From IMG/VR virus record IMGVR_UViG_3300045988_121401: a stretch of 55,862 nucleotides of DNA; one strand, 5' to 3'. A program made the translations under genes and the position numbers. Under the pieces are notes generated by a model. The model was not told where the DNA came from and searched no databases. It saw only the letters and a list, made by a program, of their open reading frames with translations. This document shows positions 6,939 to 16,341 of this stretch, one piece after another (position 1 is the first letter of the stretch; the number at the start of each line of letters is the position of its first letter). Origin of the DNA: a virus.

Positions 6939-7150
6939 TCCAACGCCTCACAGTCCCCGTCGCCGAACTCCCGCAGCTTGACCGTGAACCCCTCACGCAG
7001 GGCACACCTGATGTACGGGCCTAGCCGGTCCGGGTCCGGCTCGTTCATGACGATCTTCTCTACCGTCCCGACGGGCTGGTCGCCGGCGTAGGCCATATCG
7101 AGCCGGTAGGGGTCAGGAAGGCGACCTACTCTCACGTCCATATCACTCAC
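6932..7150 (-). CDS. Hypothetical protein (72 aa)
   Basis: Overlap-coupled ORF between 7143..7937 and 6552..6938. Confidence 0.5.
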   Translation of the reverse strand: MSDMDVRVGRLPDPYRLDMAYAGDQPVGTVEKIVMNEPDPDRLGPYIRCALREGFTVKLREFGDGDCEALEC

Positions 7151-7937
7151 CCCCCTCTAAACACTCGGCCAGCAGGGCCAGCGCGTAGTGCGCGATGGTG
7201 AGAACAGGCTCAGTCAGGCCGCCGGCCAGCCTCCTCTGACCCTCCCCAGTCTCGCGAGCCTCATCGACCCGGGCCGCCGCGGTCCCGGCCAGGGAGGCCA
7301 CGGCGGGGAAGCCTCCGATGGCGGGGTCCGACTCGACCCGCTCCCGGACTTCGGCCAACACCTCCGATGCCTTTATGCCTACATCCGGGCGCCTCGGGGA
7401 GCCGATCTCAGCAATCCACTCGACGCAGAGGCGGACGATACGAGCCAAAGCTCGTTCCTTCTCCAGACTGGCCGGACCCCTCTCCAGGTCCTGAAAATCT
7501 GAGATAGCGCCTAGCAGGAGCGCCAGATACTCCTCGGAGGAGGTATCGGACATGGTCATCGACCCGCTCAGGGCCTCCTCCACCTTAGAGACGGCCTGAT
7601 CCAGGGGAGACCTGGCCGGAGGAGTTACGTGTGAGGTGACTTGTAGAAGAGCGCTCAGGCGCCGCTCGGAGAGGACGGCGCCTCTGAACTCGTCGCGCAA
7701 GCGCTTCAGATCAGCGGCGGGTACGGGCTCGACGTCCTCCCAAGCGCGAATGCTGCCGGTATCTGGGTCGTTACTGCGTAGGAGGTGTCCAGTACCTGAT
7801 CCCTGGATGATCTGATACTTAAAGTCCGTCCCGGCCGCTGCGAGCCCTGCCGATGCCGCTAGCGCGCCATGGAGCGGGACCCCTCGTAGATTCCCGGAGA
7901 TGATGCGGATAAGGGGGCTAGATGGCCAATCACCCAT
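7143..7937 (-). CDS. Hypothetical protein (264 aa); helical C-terminus ends like the adjacent MazG-like protein
   Basis: The C-terminal ...HYALALLAECLEGGE compares with ...IALALAWATRYLEGEEV of 7941..8459. Confidence 0.6.
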   Translation of the reverse strand: MGDWPSSPLIRIISGNLRGVPLHGALAASAGLAAAGTDFKYQIIQGSGTGHLLRSNDPDTGSIRAWEDVEPVPAADLKRLRDEFRGAVLSERRLSALLQVTSHVTPPARSPLDQAVSKVEEALSGSMTMSDTSSEEYLALLLGAISDFQDLERGPASLEKERALARIVRLCVEWIAEIGSPRRPDVGIKASEVLAEVRERVESDPAIGGFPAVASLAGTAAARVDEARETGEGQRRLAGGLTEPVLTIAHYALALLAECLEGGE

Positions 7938-7940
7938 CGC

Positions 7941-8459
7941 TCACACCTCCTCACCCTCAAGGTAGCGGGTAGCCCAGGCCAGGGCCAGGGCGATGACCTG
8001 GATCACCTCGGACTCCAGGTCCGAGCCGTGACCGGTCTCGGCCTCGTTGTCGTAGGTCAGGCAGGCGGCGACCTCGCCGATCTCCTCCACGAGGGCGAAC
8101 AGGCGCATGTCGTCAGTGGGGCCGTCGCAGTCCAGCGTCATGCCGGGGTGCTTCGCGGCGGCGCTGGTGTACTCGTCCAGGGCTAGGGCGAGGACGTCGT
8201 AATCCTTAGGCAGGATCCTGGCCGCCGCGTTGGCTAGTTTCCACAACCGCTCCCGGATCCCTGCCCTACCGAGGGCCTCGCCGTGGAGCAGCATGGACGC
8301 GTAGTGGCACATCCATGCCACCTCCTCGGCCGGGTCGGGCAGGATATCGCGGGCGATCTCTGACGGGAAGTCCTTGCGACCCTCCTCCCACGCTTCAGCC
8401 ATGCGGCTACGAGTGACAATCTCGGCGCGGGCGGGGGCGCTGTCTTGAGGCGGCGTCAT
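7941..8459 (-). CDS. mazG: MazG-like nucleotide pyrophosphohydrolase
   Basis: LVEEIGEVAACL ... LESEVIQVIALALAW matches the EExxE / ExxD-type helical MazG signature (recalled). Confidence 0.65.
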   Translation of the reverse strand: MTPPQDSAPARAEIVTRSRMAEAWEEGRKDFPSEIARDILPDPAEEVAWMCHYASMLLHGEALGRAGIRERLWKLANAAARILPKDYDVLALALDEYTSAAAKHPGMTLDCDGPTDDMRLFALVEEIGEVAACLTYDNEAETGHGSDLESEVIQVIALALAWATRYLEGEEV

Positions 8460-8478
8460 TCTGTCTCCTAACGTAGTT

Positions 8479-8510
8479 GGGGTGGACGTATGTAATCATA
8501 CGTCCACCCC
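8479..8510 (-). terminator. 32-nt palindrome GGGGTGGACGTATGTAATCATACGTCCACCCC containing GTATGTAATCATAC (8488-8501)
   Basis: Lies between the terL stop (8528) and the MazG start (8459). It is a hairpin and also carries the operator-type palindrome. Confidence 0.55.
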
Positions 8511-8527
8511 TCAGGAGATGCAAGCCG

Positions 8528-10219
8528 TCAGAACCTAGGAACCGCGCCTGCCAGTGAGAGACCGCTCACAGCGCGGCGGATCGTCCCCCTCGGGACGAAC
8601 AGCGACGCCTGGCCGGCGTCCCGCAGGCCGAGCAGGCCCATGCTCAGCGCGTCCACCTGGTCGTCGTGGCGTCCTGACGGGAACGCGCGCATCTCGGAGA
8701 TGAGCTCGTTCACCCACCCGTTACCCGGGTCCGACGGGTGGGGGAGGTAGACGTTGCCGGACTCGATCTCCGGCGTCACGGCGCGGGCCCGGACCTCCTT
8801 GGACGAGCGGGGCTTGATCGGCTTGATGCCGGCGACTTTCTTGCGCAGCACGTCGATGGCCGCCGTACCGTTGGCCGCGTCCTCTACGAGGCGCTGATGG
8901 ACGAACGATCCGCCGGGGGACACCTTGTCATCCAGGTCGCCGGCGTTGCACCAGCGCAGCATCTTCTCCAACGTTTGGGTGAAGCTCCACTGCCCGCGCT
9001 GCTGAGCGATCAGGAACCTGTCAGGCCCCTGCCGGCACCATCGCTGGCCTACGGCGTAGTCCGACGTCGAGCTTCCCTTGAAGGTGAGGTCCCACGAGTC
9101 GAGCCACTGTCCCCGCTCCAGCCGCTCGCGTGGCAGGAGGATGACGGAGTCGTCGCCCTCCTTCACCTTGGACGAGTCGGTCGTCCAGAACCGGAGCCAC
9201 CCGAGGTTGAAGATCGAGCCGTCGGCCGGCGTCGGGTGCTGCTGGTAGAGCGCCTCCCACATGTACGAACCGACCGACCGCTTGAGCGAGTCCCAGCGCT
9301 CCAGGGCCTCCTCGCGGGTCTCCTCCACGAGCGGGCTGTAGAGCGGGTCGCCCGGCTCTCGACCGAGTGGGTCGTCCTCCTCGGCGATGGCGGGGAAGAT
9401 CACGTTCTCCCACTTGCCGGCGTCCGGATTCTTGGCCGGGTTCAGGAGGCGGCCGATGAAGTCGTCCTCGTGCCAGCGGGTGGCGATGGCGATGCAGAGA
9501 AACGGAGGCTCCAGACGGGTGACGGCGTTAGCCTGCCACCAGTCCCAGATCGCTTCCCTCTTTGACTCACTGTGAGCGTCGGCGAAGTCCTTCACGACGT
9601 CGTCCATCAGCATCACCTTGAAACCCAGACCCGTGATGGACTGGCCCGGCGCTGAGCGGGAGACGATCCCGCCGCCCCGCGTCGTCTGCCACTCGCTCAC
9701 GGCGCCGGCGTCGGACGCGATCTTGATGCCCCACTTCTTCCCATCCTCCTCGACGAAGCGGCGGACCTGCCGGCCCCAGGCCGTGGCGAGCTGCGGAGAG
9801 TGTGAGATCAGGCCGATCTTCCAGTCCGGGTGCTGGCGCAGCAGCCAGATCGGGAGGTTGATCGAGGTCAGCGTGGACTTACCCATGCGCGGCGGCATCG
9901 AGATGGTCATGTAGCGGTTCTCCCCGGCCTCGACGGCGCGCACGGCCTCGGTCAGGCGGTCGGAGAGGTACTGGATGTGGGGACGGCCTGCGTATGCCTC
10001 ATCGAGCTGCTGGGCGCTCTCCAGCGGGCTGGCCGCCTGGCGGTAGGTCGGGTCGTGGGGGTACGGGGCGCCGGCGTGAGGCCTGCCGTCGCACGAGGGG
10101 AGAGAGCACTTCGGCTGGTTCTCCAGCCACGCCTGGCGCTTGATGAGGGCCTCCAGCTCCTCCTCCAGCTGGGCCGGCGTCATCTCCCACGGCTCCAGCG
10201 GCTTTTTCACTCGGGGCAT
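8528..10219 (-). CDS. terL: Terminase large subunit
   Basis: Walker A PPRMGKST, Walker B MLMDDV, nuclease-region TRWHEDD. 563 aa. Confidence 0.9.
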   Translation of the reverse strand: MPRVKKPLEPWEMTPAQLEEELEALIKRQAWLENQPKCSLPSCDGRPHAGAPYPHDPTYRQAASPLESAQQLDEAYAGRPHIQYLSDRLTEAVRAVEAGENRYMTISMPPRMGKSTLTSINLPIWLLRQHPDWKIGLISHSPQLATAWGRQVRRFVEEDGKKWGIKIASDAGAVSEWQTTRGGGIVSRSAPGQSITGLGFKVMLMDDVVKDFADAHSESKREAIWDWWQANAVTRLEPPFLCIAIATRWHEDDFIGRLLNPAKNPDAGKWENVIFPAIAEEDDPLGREPGDPLYSPLVEETREEALERWDSLKRSVGSYMWEALYQQHPTPADGSIFNLGWLRFWTTDSSKVKEGDDSVILLPRERLERGQWLDSWDLTFKGSSTSDYAVGQRWCRQGPDRFLIAQQRGQWSFTQTLEKMLRWCNAGDLDDKVSPGGSFVHQRLVEDAANGTAAIDVLRKKVAGIKPIKPRSSKEVRARAVTPEIESGNVYLPHPSDPGNGWVNELISEMRAFPSGRHDDQVDALSMGLLGLRDAGQASLFVPRGTIRRAVSGLSLAGAVPRF

Positions 10220-10258
10220 AGGTGTCTCCTATCGCTGAGGTGGACTTCCATATGGATA

Positions 10259-10299
10259 CAGAATACCGCCACCCCTCATGCCAGGGTGGCGGTATTCTG
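10259..10299 (-). terminator. Perfect 16-bp hairpin CAGAATACCGCCACCC-N9-GGGTGGCGGTATTCTG between terS and terL
   Basis: Read directly. No U-tract. Confidence 0.5.
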
Positions 10300-10321
10300 C
10301 CCCAATGTCCCGGGGTCAACT

Positions 10322-10918
10322 CTACTGCTCGGGATCGATCACCTCAACGTCAGCGGGTCCGACATCTATGAGACCCTGCTCACGCTTACGGCGCTCTACC
10401 TCTGCTACCAGCTGCTCGATCCTCGACGTCGTGGCCGAGGCCGTCATCTCGGCTAGGTTGGAGGAGACCTCGATCTGCACCTTGGCCGAGTCGGCCCCGG
10501 CGCCTGCCGCCTCTCGCTCGATACGTGCCGCGACGTCCATCATCTGGACGATGCCGTTCGCACTCATGCGGGCGATCCGGTCCTCGGTGAGGCTGTCGAG
10601 CCACAGCTCGGCCTTCTCCAGGGCCTTGCGGCCAAGGGCCCGGTGGCGGTCCCCCATGGCGATCCGATAGCGAACGAGCTCATTCGCCTCGGTCTCGGCC
10701 ATGTGCTTGTCCCAGGCCTCGACGCGCTCCTTCCAGGACCACCGGGCCGAGTAGGAGTTGCCGTTGGGGGCGTCACGCACCCGTCGGCGCTCCATGTCTC
10801 GGTAGGTCTTGAAGGAGGCGTAGGCGGCCTCGGTCTCGCCGTCCTGCCGCTTCCAGATCGGGCGGGTGTAGTCCAGCGGGGCCGGCTTTCTCGGCGCCGG
10901 CGGCTTCGCTGTAGTCAC
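10322..10918 (-). CDS. terS: Terminase small subunit (putative)
   Basis: Position immediately upstream of terL. The N-terminal ETEAAYASFKTYRDMERRRVRD is typical of actinophage small terminases (recalled). Confidence 0.6.
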   Translation of the reverse strand: MTTAKPPAPRKPAPLDYTRPIWKRQDGETEAAYASFKTYRDMERRRVRDAPNGNSYSARWSWKERVEAWDKHMAETEANELVRYRIAMGDRHRALGRKALEKAELWLDSLTEDRIARMSANGIVQMMDVAARIEREAAGAGADSAKVQIEVSSNLAEMTASATTSRIEQLVAEVERRKREQGLIDVGPADVEVIDPEQ

Positions 10919-11181
10919 AGCCCCTCCAGAGCAGAGCGCCAGTCCTGGGACGGCGCCATGGAGCGATTTATCAGCGCCCGCGCCAGGTCCTGGGCGAACT
11001 GCTCAGCGAACTCCTGGCTCCAGCCCTGGTCACTGACCATGCGCGTACGGATGCCGGCGCAGGCCGCCGTGATGGAGAGGATCGTCTCTCCAGCGATCAT
11101 GAGCGCATCACCGGCCTCGGACACTCCGCTCTCAGGCTGCTCCGGGATGTCGTCAATCACTTCACTTGCTGCGGTACTCAT
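10915..11181 (-). CDS. Hypothetical protein (88 aa)
   Basis: ATGA overlap with terS. Confidence 0.55.
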   Translation of the reverse strand: MSTAASEVIDDIPEQPESGVSEAGDALMIAGETILSITAACAGIRTRMVSDQGWSQEFAEQFAQDLARALINRSMAPSQDWRSALEGL

Positions 11182-11581
11182 GGAGCAAGTCCTCCTTCTC
11201 CTGTTGCTTCATCTGATCGACCATGATCCGGTAGATGCGGGCCACGGTCTTCGCGTGCCAGCACGACGCCCACCGAGAGTGCTGCCCGTGCTTGCAGGTG
11301 CACGTGAACCTGGGGTAGCCGTGGTCCGACTTCAGGACCACGTGGTGGAACCTCTTGCCGTCGGAGCGCTTCGTCTCTCCGGAGTTCCTGGCCGAGTAGG
11401 ACCGCACCCACCAGACTCGCGAGTTCACCTCGTCCTGATAGATGTCGCCGGTCCCCCACGTCTCGCGGGCTGCCTTCAGCTGGGCCGGGGTCATATGCTC
11501 CCACTCCAGCTGGCGCACGAAGTCAAATTCGGTCGCCGTCAGCCTAGCCCTCGCCACTGAGATCACCCCCAGCCCCGACAA
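11162..11581 (-). CDS. SWIM zinc-finger protein
   Basis: FTCTCKHGQHSRWASCWHAKTV fits CxC-Xn-CxH. The start is uncertain (38-nt overlap with the upstream gene). Confidence 0.6.
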   Translation of the reverse strand: MSGLGVISVARARLTATEFDFVRQLEWEHMTPAQLKAARETWGTGDIYQDEVNSRVWWVRSYSARNSGETKRSDGKRFHHVVLKSDHGYPRFTCTCKHGQHSRWASCWHAKTVARIYRIMVDQMKQQEKEDLLHEYRSK

Positions 11582-11927
11582 CCGGGTACATGCTCGACAA
11601 CGTCGAGCCGGTCAGCGCCTCACGCACAGCCCACTCCGCCTCGTCGGCGTCCAGGACGGTGCAGGCGGCGCCGCCGGCGGCACGTACGCGGCGAATCTGG
11701 CGGACCTGCTCGACCGACGTGCGGGCCAGCGCGTGCCTGCGAGACTCGCCGGGTTTCTGGTGCTTGACCTCCAGGAAGATCAAGCGCCCTTCGAGGCAGC
11801 ACAGCACGTCCGGGATGCCGGCCTCCATATAAATCGACCCGTGCATTTTCCAGGTGACCGAGTCCGGCCAGACCTGAGCGATGCGGCGGCGGATGGCGTC
11901 CACGACGCCGCTCTCCTTGCTAGCCAT
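11544..11927 (-). CDS. VRR-NUC family nuclease
   Basis: GIPDVLCC...LIFLEVK matches the PD-(D/E)xK core of VRR-NUC. Confidence 0.7.
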   Translation of the reverse strand: MASKESGVVDAIRRRIAQVWPDSVTWKMHGSIYMEAGIPDVLCCLEGRLIFLEVKHQKPGESRRHALARTSVEQVRQIRRVRAAGGAACTVLDADEAEWAVREALTGSTLSSMYPVVGAGGDLSGEG

Positions 11928-11946
11928 GTCACTCCTTTCCGGCTAA

Positions 11947-11976
11947 GGGGCGGCCCCGCCGAAGCGGGGCCGCCTC
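11947..11976 (-). terminator. Hairpin GGCGGCCCCGC-CGAA-GCGGGGCCGCC
   Basis: 11-bp stem directly after 11988..12515. Confidence 0.55.
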
Positions 11977-11987
11977 AGTGAGAGGAC

Positions 11988-12515
11988 TCAGAGGTCCAGA
12001 TCGTCGATGTCGAGGGCGTCAACGTCAATCTCGACGGGGCCGTCCTCGGCCGGTGCCGACTCGACCGGCGCGGCCTCCTCGGGCTCCCCCTCAGCGTCTG
12101 CCATCGGGTCGGCAGCGGCGGGCTTGGACTCCGCAGGCTTAGTGGCGCGAAGATACTCGCGCACCTCGGACTTGACCTTGCCGTTGTAGGGATCGCCGTC
12201 CTCCACGACGATGTCGACGGGGCGACCGATGAGGCTGCGCGGGTTCAGGGCGATCTTCTTCTTGGCGATCTTGACTCCGAGGGCCTGGAGGAAGGCAGCG
12301 CTGCGGAACATCGCCTTCTCCGTCTGCGGGAGTCGGTCGATGATCTGCTGTCCGGCGTGAGCGCCCTCAGTGATCTCCAGGTAGATGACGAACATCACGT
12401 TACCGGCCTTGGAGGTCGTCTCCTCGAAGTCCGAGACCTCGGCGTGATAGGTGCCGGCGGGAACATGGGCGGTGGAGGTGTCCTTGTAGTTGGTGAAGTC
12501 GAAGGTCAGAGCCAT
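11988..12515 (-). CDS. DUF669-type ssDNA-binding-like protein with acidic tail
   Basis: Sits next to the RecA-like ATPase, as in Sak4/DUF669 pairs. C-terminal DVDALDIDDLDL. Confidence 0.55.
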   Translation of the reverse strand: MALTFDFTNYKDTSTAHVPAGTYHAEVSDFEETTSKAGNVMFVIYLEITEGAHAGQQIIDRLPQTEKAMFRSAAFLQALGVKIAKKKIALNPRSLIGRPVDIVVEDGDPYNGKVKSEVREYLRATKPAESKPAAADPMADAEGEPEEAAPVESAPAEDGPVEIDVDALDIDDLDL

Positions 12516-12549
12516 GGTGATTTCTCCTGTGTGGTTGGGTTACTGGGTG

Positions 12550-13410
12550 TCAGTCGTCGGCCTTGGCCGACTTGCCGGCGGCGGGCTTACGCTCCGGGAC
12601 TCCGCCCACTCCGAGGAAGCGTGAGAGCTTCTCCAGAGTCACGGGGTGGTCGCGTCCCAGAACGGACGGGACCTTCCCGCGAAGGTTGTAGGGGATACGG
12701 GCCTTGGTCCCGTACTCCGGATCGGTGCCGAAGCGGACGATGTGCTTCAGCGAGGGGCCGTCGTCGCGGCCGGTGTTGTCTAGATCCTCCTCGACGTCGG
12801 TGTAGATGATGTAGTTCGGCGTGGCACGGATGATCGACTGGGCGCCGCGCTGGACGTCCGGCGAGCGGCGAACGCCGCCGTTGATCTCGTCCTCGACCAT
12901 CTTGACCTGCGCGGTCATGACGACGTGCATCGGCTCGGAACGGTTGCCGTCGGCCAGGCCGTACCAGAAAACCGCGGTGTCGGTCATGATGTCAAGCGCC
13001 TGGCCCCAGGTGCGCTGGTCGGCGGGTGCCGTCCCTTGCTTGATCTCGCGCACCGCGGTCTCCGAGAACCCAGTGAGGTAGCGCATCGTCATCTTCTGAA
13101 GGGCGGTGAGACTGTCGATGATGACGGCCTTATAACCGTGCCCTCCCTTGTCCAAGCTCCAGAAGATGTCGTCGAGAGCGGTGACGCTCTCGGGCCGGAC
13201 CACATCGATGTTCTTGGCGTAGGGGGCGTTCTTGAAGGACTGCGTGCCCTTCTCACCGGGCAGGTCGATGAACAATGTCTTGCCCATCGTGGCGACCGTG
13301 GAGGCCAGAGAACTCTTTCCTGAGCCGGGTGCCCCTAGGATCAGCCACCGGCCGTAGTCGGCCGCCTCCTCCTCAACGTCAACGATGTTGACGCCGGCAA
13401 AACTGGTCAT
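12550..13410 (-). CDS. RecA-like AAA ATPase (Sak4-like recombination protein)
   Basis: Walker A LILGAPGSGKSSL, Walker B AVIIDSL. Confidence 0.8.
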   Translation of the reverse strand: MTSFAGVNIVDVEEEAADYGRWLILGAPGSGKSSLASTVATMGKTLFIDLPGEKGTQSFKNAPYAKNIDVVRPESVTALDDIFWSLDKGGHGYKAVIIDSLTALQKMTMRYLTGFSETAVREIKQGTAPADQRTWGQALDIMTDTAVFWYGLADGNRSEPMHVVMTAQVKMVEDEINGGVRRSPDVQRGAQSIIRATPNYIIYTDVEEDLDNTGRDDGPSLKHIVRFGTDPEYGTKARIPYNLRGKVPSVLGRDHPVTLEKLSRFLGVGGVPERKPAAGKSAKADD

Positions 13411-13443
13411 TGAATTTCCTTCCGCTATTGGGTGGATGACTTA

Positions 13444-13473
13444 ACTGTAGGTGTATGCGGGCGGGCATTGCAA
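13444..13473 (-). promoter_or_regulatory. Promoter P7: -35 TTGCAA (13473-13468), 18-nt spacer with half palindrome GCCCGCATAC, -10 TACAGT (13449-13444)
   Basis: Same GGCTTGC -35 context as P1-P6. Upstream of 12550..13410. Confidence 0.5.
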
Positions 13474-13483
13474 GCCTGGAAGG

Positions 13484-14668
13484 CTACCGGCCGCTGTTAG
13501 ACGGGTCACGGTATCGGAGGCCGTACTCCTCCGGTGCGTACTCCCCGCCAGGTCCCCCGACCATCTGCGCACGGCACAGGTCGGCGAACTCGCAGAACTG
13601 GCAAGCCGCCTTCCCGAAGTTGCGGGGCGCCTCTCCACGCAGGTCCGCACGGACCCGCGTCCTAGAGATGTCCGAGCACGTGTCGGCCGCGGCCCGAAGG
13701 TGTGAGCGGACCAGGTGCGGGCTGATCGGGGTCAGGTGACGGGCGAACCACTGGGAGACGACTTGCTGAGAGGTCAGGCGCTCTATCTCGCCCTCCTCGG
13801 CCGTGTAGGTCCCCGCGGCGCTCCCGTCCCTCTTCATCCCCTCGAAGAAAACGCCGTCGGCGCACCACTCCAGGTACGTACGGAGGTCGTAGTCCTTGAC
13901 CGAGGCGGACAGCTTGCCGGCCTTCGTGAGCCGAGGCGTCTTCGGCGCCTTGGACCGTACTCGGTCGAAGGCAACGGCGCGCGGGGCGGGGAGGCCCCAC
14001 TTGGGGCAGTCCGGGGACAGTCCCCACGCGTAGAGCTGGACCTGGCTGTCCATCATCTCGTCCAGGCCCGTGACCTGACCGAGTGTGCCGGACGTCTTGC
14101 AGTCTCGCACCACGACGATGCCGCGCTTACGATCCAGGTAGACCTCGTCCACGTACCCCCACAGGACAACCCCCATCCCCGGGATCTCGCGCTCCCAGCG
14201 CTGCTCGACGGCGATGACGGCCTCGTTCTCCGACTCCTCGGCCCAACGCTCCTTCCACTCGGTATAGACGTGGGTGAGGCGGTCGGGGAGGGGCTGTCCT
14301 AGCCACTCAATCCAGGTCTCCCGGACCGTCTCGCCGAGCCTGTCCCAGTAGTCCTGGGAGGCTGCGATGATCTCATCCGGCGAGACGGTGCCGGGAAACG
14401 TGGGACCGGTGTCCGTGGTCTGGATCTCCTCGAGCTCGACCTTCAAAGTTCCCTCGGCTCGGCCTTTGGCCAGCCGGTCGGCGGCGCGGACGGCGTGGAA
14501 CCACGACCCGAAGTCGAGAGCGGGAGTGACCTCGGACCGGGCCCTGCGCAGGCCGTCGATGTAGCGGTACTTCCACGCCTGAGGGCAGCGGCGGTGGAGG
14601 GTCAGCGAGGAGTAGGTGGCCTTCTCGGCCGTGATGACGTCCTTCTCGGGGCACTGGGTGGGACTCAT
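13484..14668 (-). CDS. PD-(D/E)XK exonuclease, Cas4/RecB-like with Cys cluster
   Basis: HRCPQAWKY..., GYVDEVYLD...VVVRDCKT, QLYAWGL, C-terminal CQFCEFADLC. Confidence 0.8.
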   Translation of the reverse strand: MSPTQCPEKDVITAEKATYSSLTLHRRCPQAWKYRYIDGLRRARSEVTPALDFGSWFHAVRAADRLAKGRAEGTLKVELEEIQTTDTGPTFPGTVSPDEIIAASQDYWDRLGETVRETWIEWLGQPLPDRLTHVYTEWKERWAEESENEAVIAVEQRWEREIPGMGVVLWGYVDEVYLDRKRGIVVVRDCKTSGTLGQVTGLDEMMDSQVQLYAWGLSPDCPKWGLPAPRAVAFDRVRSKAPKTPRLTKAGKLSASVKDYDLRTYLEWCADGVFFEGMKRDGSAAGTYTAEEGEIERLTSQQVVSQWFARHLTPISPHLVRSHLRAAADTCSDISRTRVRADLRGEAPRNFGKAACQFCEFADLCRAQMVGGPGGEYAPEEYGLRYRDPSNSGR

Positions 14669-14673
14669 TGCTC

Positions 14674-16341
14674 TTACCTATCGTTGTAGATGTGACTCAT
14701 AAGGGCCTTCTCCAGGTCCGTGCGGTCCTGATAGGCCTGGAAGACTAGGTCGTCCACAGTGTTCGGTGCAAGTGCGTACCAGAACGTGGTTGCGCTTTTC
14801 TGGCCGAGGCGGTTGAGGCGGTCGCGGGCCTGAACGATGTCGTCGCGCTGCCAAGGCAGGGAGGCGAAGATCGCGTTCCGAGCGGTGACCAGCTCGTTCA
14901 CCGCTACCGACAGCGTCTTGATCTGAGCGACGATGACGAGCCGGGCAGGGTCGTCGGACCCGAAGCGCTGGCGCATCTTCAGCCGGTCCTCCGGCTTCGT
15001 GGAGCCGTCGATCCGCAGGACCGTGGTCCGCTTGTCGGCGATCTCCTCCTCCAGCGCGGCGAGCTCGCGGGTGAACGTCCCGAAGACGACGATGCGCTTC
15101 TCGTCCTCCAGCGTGTCGTGGATGAGGGAGGCGATGGTCTTCGCCTTGGACCGGCCGATCTCTCGGACCTGCCCCTCATCGTCCGGCAGGTGGCCAGCCG
15201 TGATCTGCCTCAGGCGGGTCATGCGGACCAAACGGCTGGCCGCGGTGGCAGCGTCCCCGCCGTCGGCCTCCTGCGTGTCGTCCTCCTCACGGAACTCGAC
15301 CTGGAGCTGCGTGCGCATGTCCTCGTACGCCTTCAGCTCCTTCGGGCTCAGGGCAACAGGGAGGACCGTATCGACGGCGTCGGGCAGGTCCAGGCACTCC
15401 TCCTTGATGGCGACCGATGAGCGCTCGCCCATGATCTCCTCCAGGCGGTCCAGGTTCTTGAAGCCGACCACCTCGTGCCCCATGTAGCCGCCCATTTCAG
15501 CGTAGTCCTCCTTGAAGTGCTTGAACGTCGCCACGCGGCGCTCGCCGTTCGGCTGCACCCGGCCGAAGGCTTTGGGGTCGAGAAACCTCCACTGTGCGTA
15601 GACGTCGAGCGGGGAGTGCGGGATGACGGTCCCGGTCAGGCCGATCCGGCGCTCGACGCGGGAACCGATCCGTCCCGCAAGGCGGGACGCGTTGGAGGAG
15701 ACGGACTTGATCTTGTGCATCTCGTCGATCACTACGAGGTCGGGATCGAAGTCGGTGACGGCGCTCAGCACGACGTCGGCCATCGTCCTGGACCCGACCT
15801 GCCGGCGCTGGGACAGGGTGTCCAGGTTGATCGCCTCAATCACGAGACGCGGCTTGGAGCTGCCCAGGACTTCCGGGCCGGCCTTGGCCGCCATCTTCCG
15901 GTCCAGCTCGACGCCGTCACGGCGGGCGGCCAGCGCCCAAGAGCGGTTCGCGTGGAGGGAGCGAACGTTGTCCCCAGCGCCGCGGCCCTTGCCACCAGTA
16001 GGCTTGGCGACGTCCTTACCGCCGCGGGAGCGCAGGGCCTCAACACGCTGCATGACTGACCCGCCCAGGGCCTCCGCCCAGACGTTGACCTGAGGGCTGA
16101 CCCACTTAGGGGCCTGGAGCGCCCACTGGTCGACGGCGGCGAGAGGGCCGATCACGAGGACGCGAGCCTCACGCCGCGGCGAGGACAGTGCCAGCAGGGA
16201 GCAGTAGTCCAGCGTGACCGCGGTCTTCCCAGTCCCCGGCTCCATGAGGAGGGCGCCGACGCCGCCGCAGGCGATGAGCTTGGCCAGGCCACGCTTCTGG
16301 TGGGCGAAGCGGGGAGGCCCGCCGAACTCGAACTTAATCAT
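14674..16341 (-). CDS. SNF2-family DEAD/H helicase
   Basis: LMEPGTGKT (motif I), VIDEMHKIK (motif II), helicase-C region VVFGTF...QARDRLNRLGQ. Confidence 0.85.
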   Translation of the reverse strand: MIKFEFGGPPRFAHQKRGLAKLIACGGVGALLMEPGTGKTAVTLDYCSLLALSSPRREARVLVIGPLAAVDQWALQAPKWVSPQVNVWAEALGGSVMQRVEALRSRGGKDVAKPTGGKGRGAGDNVRSLHANRSWALAARRDGVELDRKMAAKAGPEVLGSSKPRLVIEAINLDTLSQRRQVGSRTMADVVLSAVTDFDPDLVVIDEMHKIKSVSSNASRLAGRIGSRVERRIGLTGTVIPHSPLDVYAQWRFLDPKAFGRVQPNGERRVATFKHFKEDYAEMGGYMGHEVVGFKNLDRLEEIMGERSSVAIKEECLDLPDAVDTVLPVALSPKELKAYEDMRTQLQVEFREEDDTQEADGGDAATAASRLVRMTRLRQITAGHLPDDEGQVREIGRSKAKTIASLIHDTLEDEKRIVVFGTFTRELAALEEEIADKRTTVLRIDGSTKPEDRLKMRQRFGSDDPARLVIVAQIKTLSVAVNELVTARNAIFASLPWQRDDIVQARDRLNRLGQKSATTFWYALAPNTVDDLVFQAYQDRTDLEKALMSHIYNDR

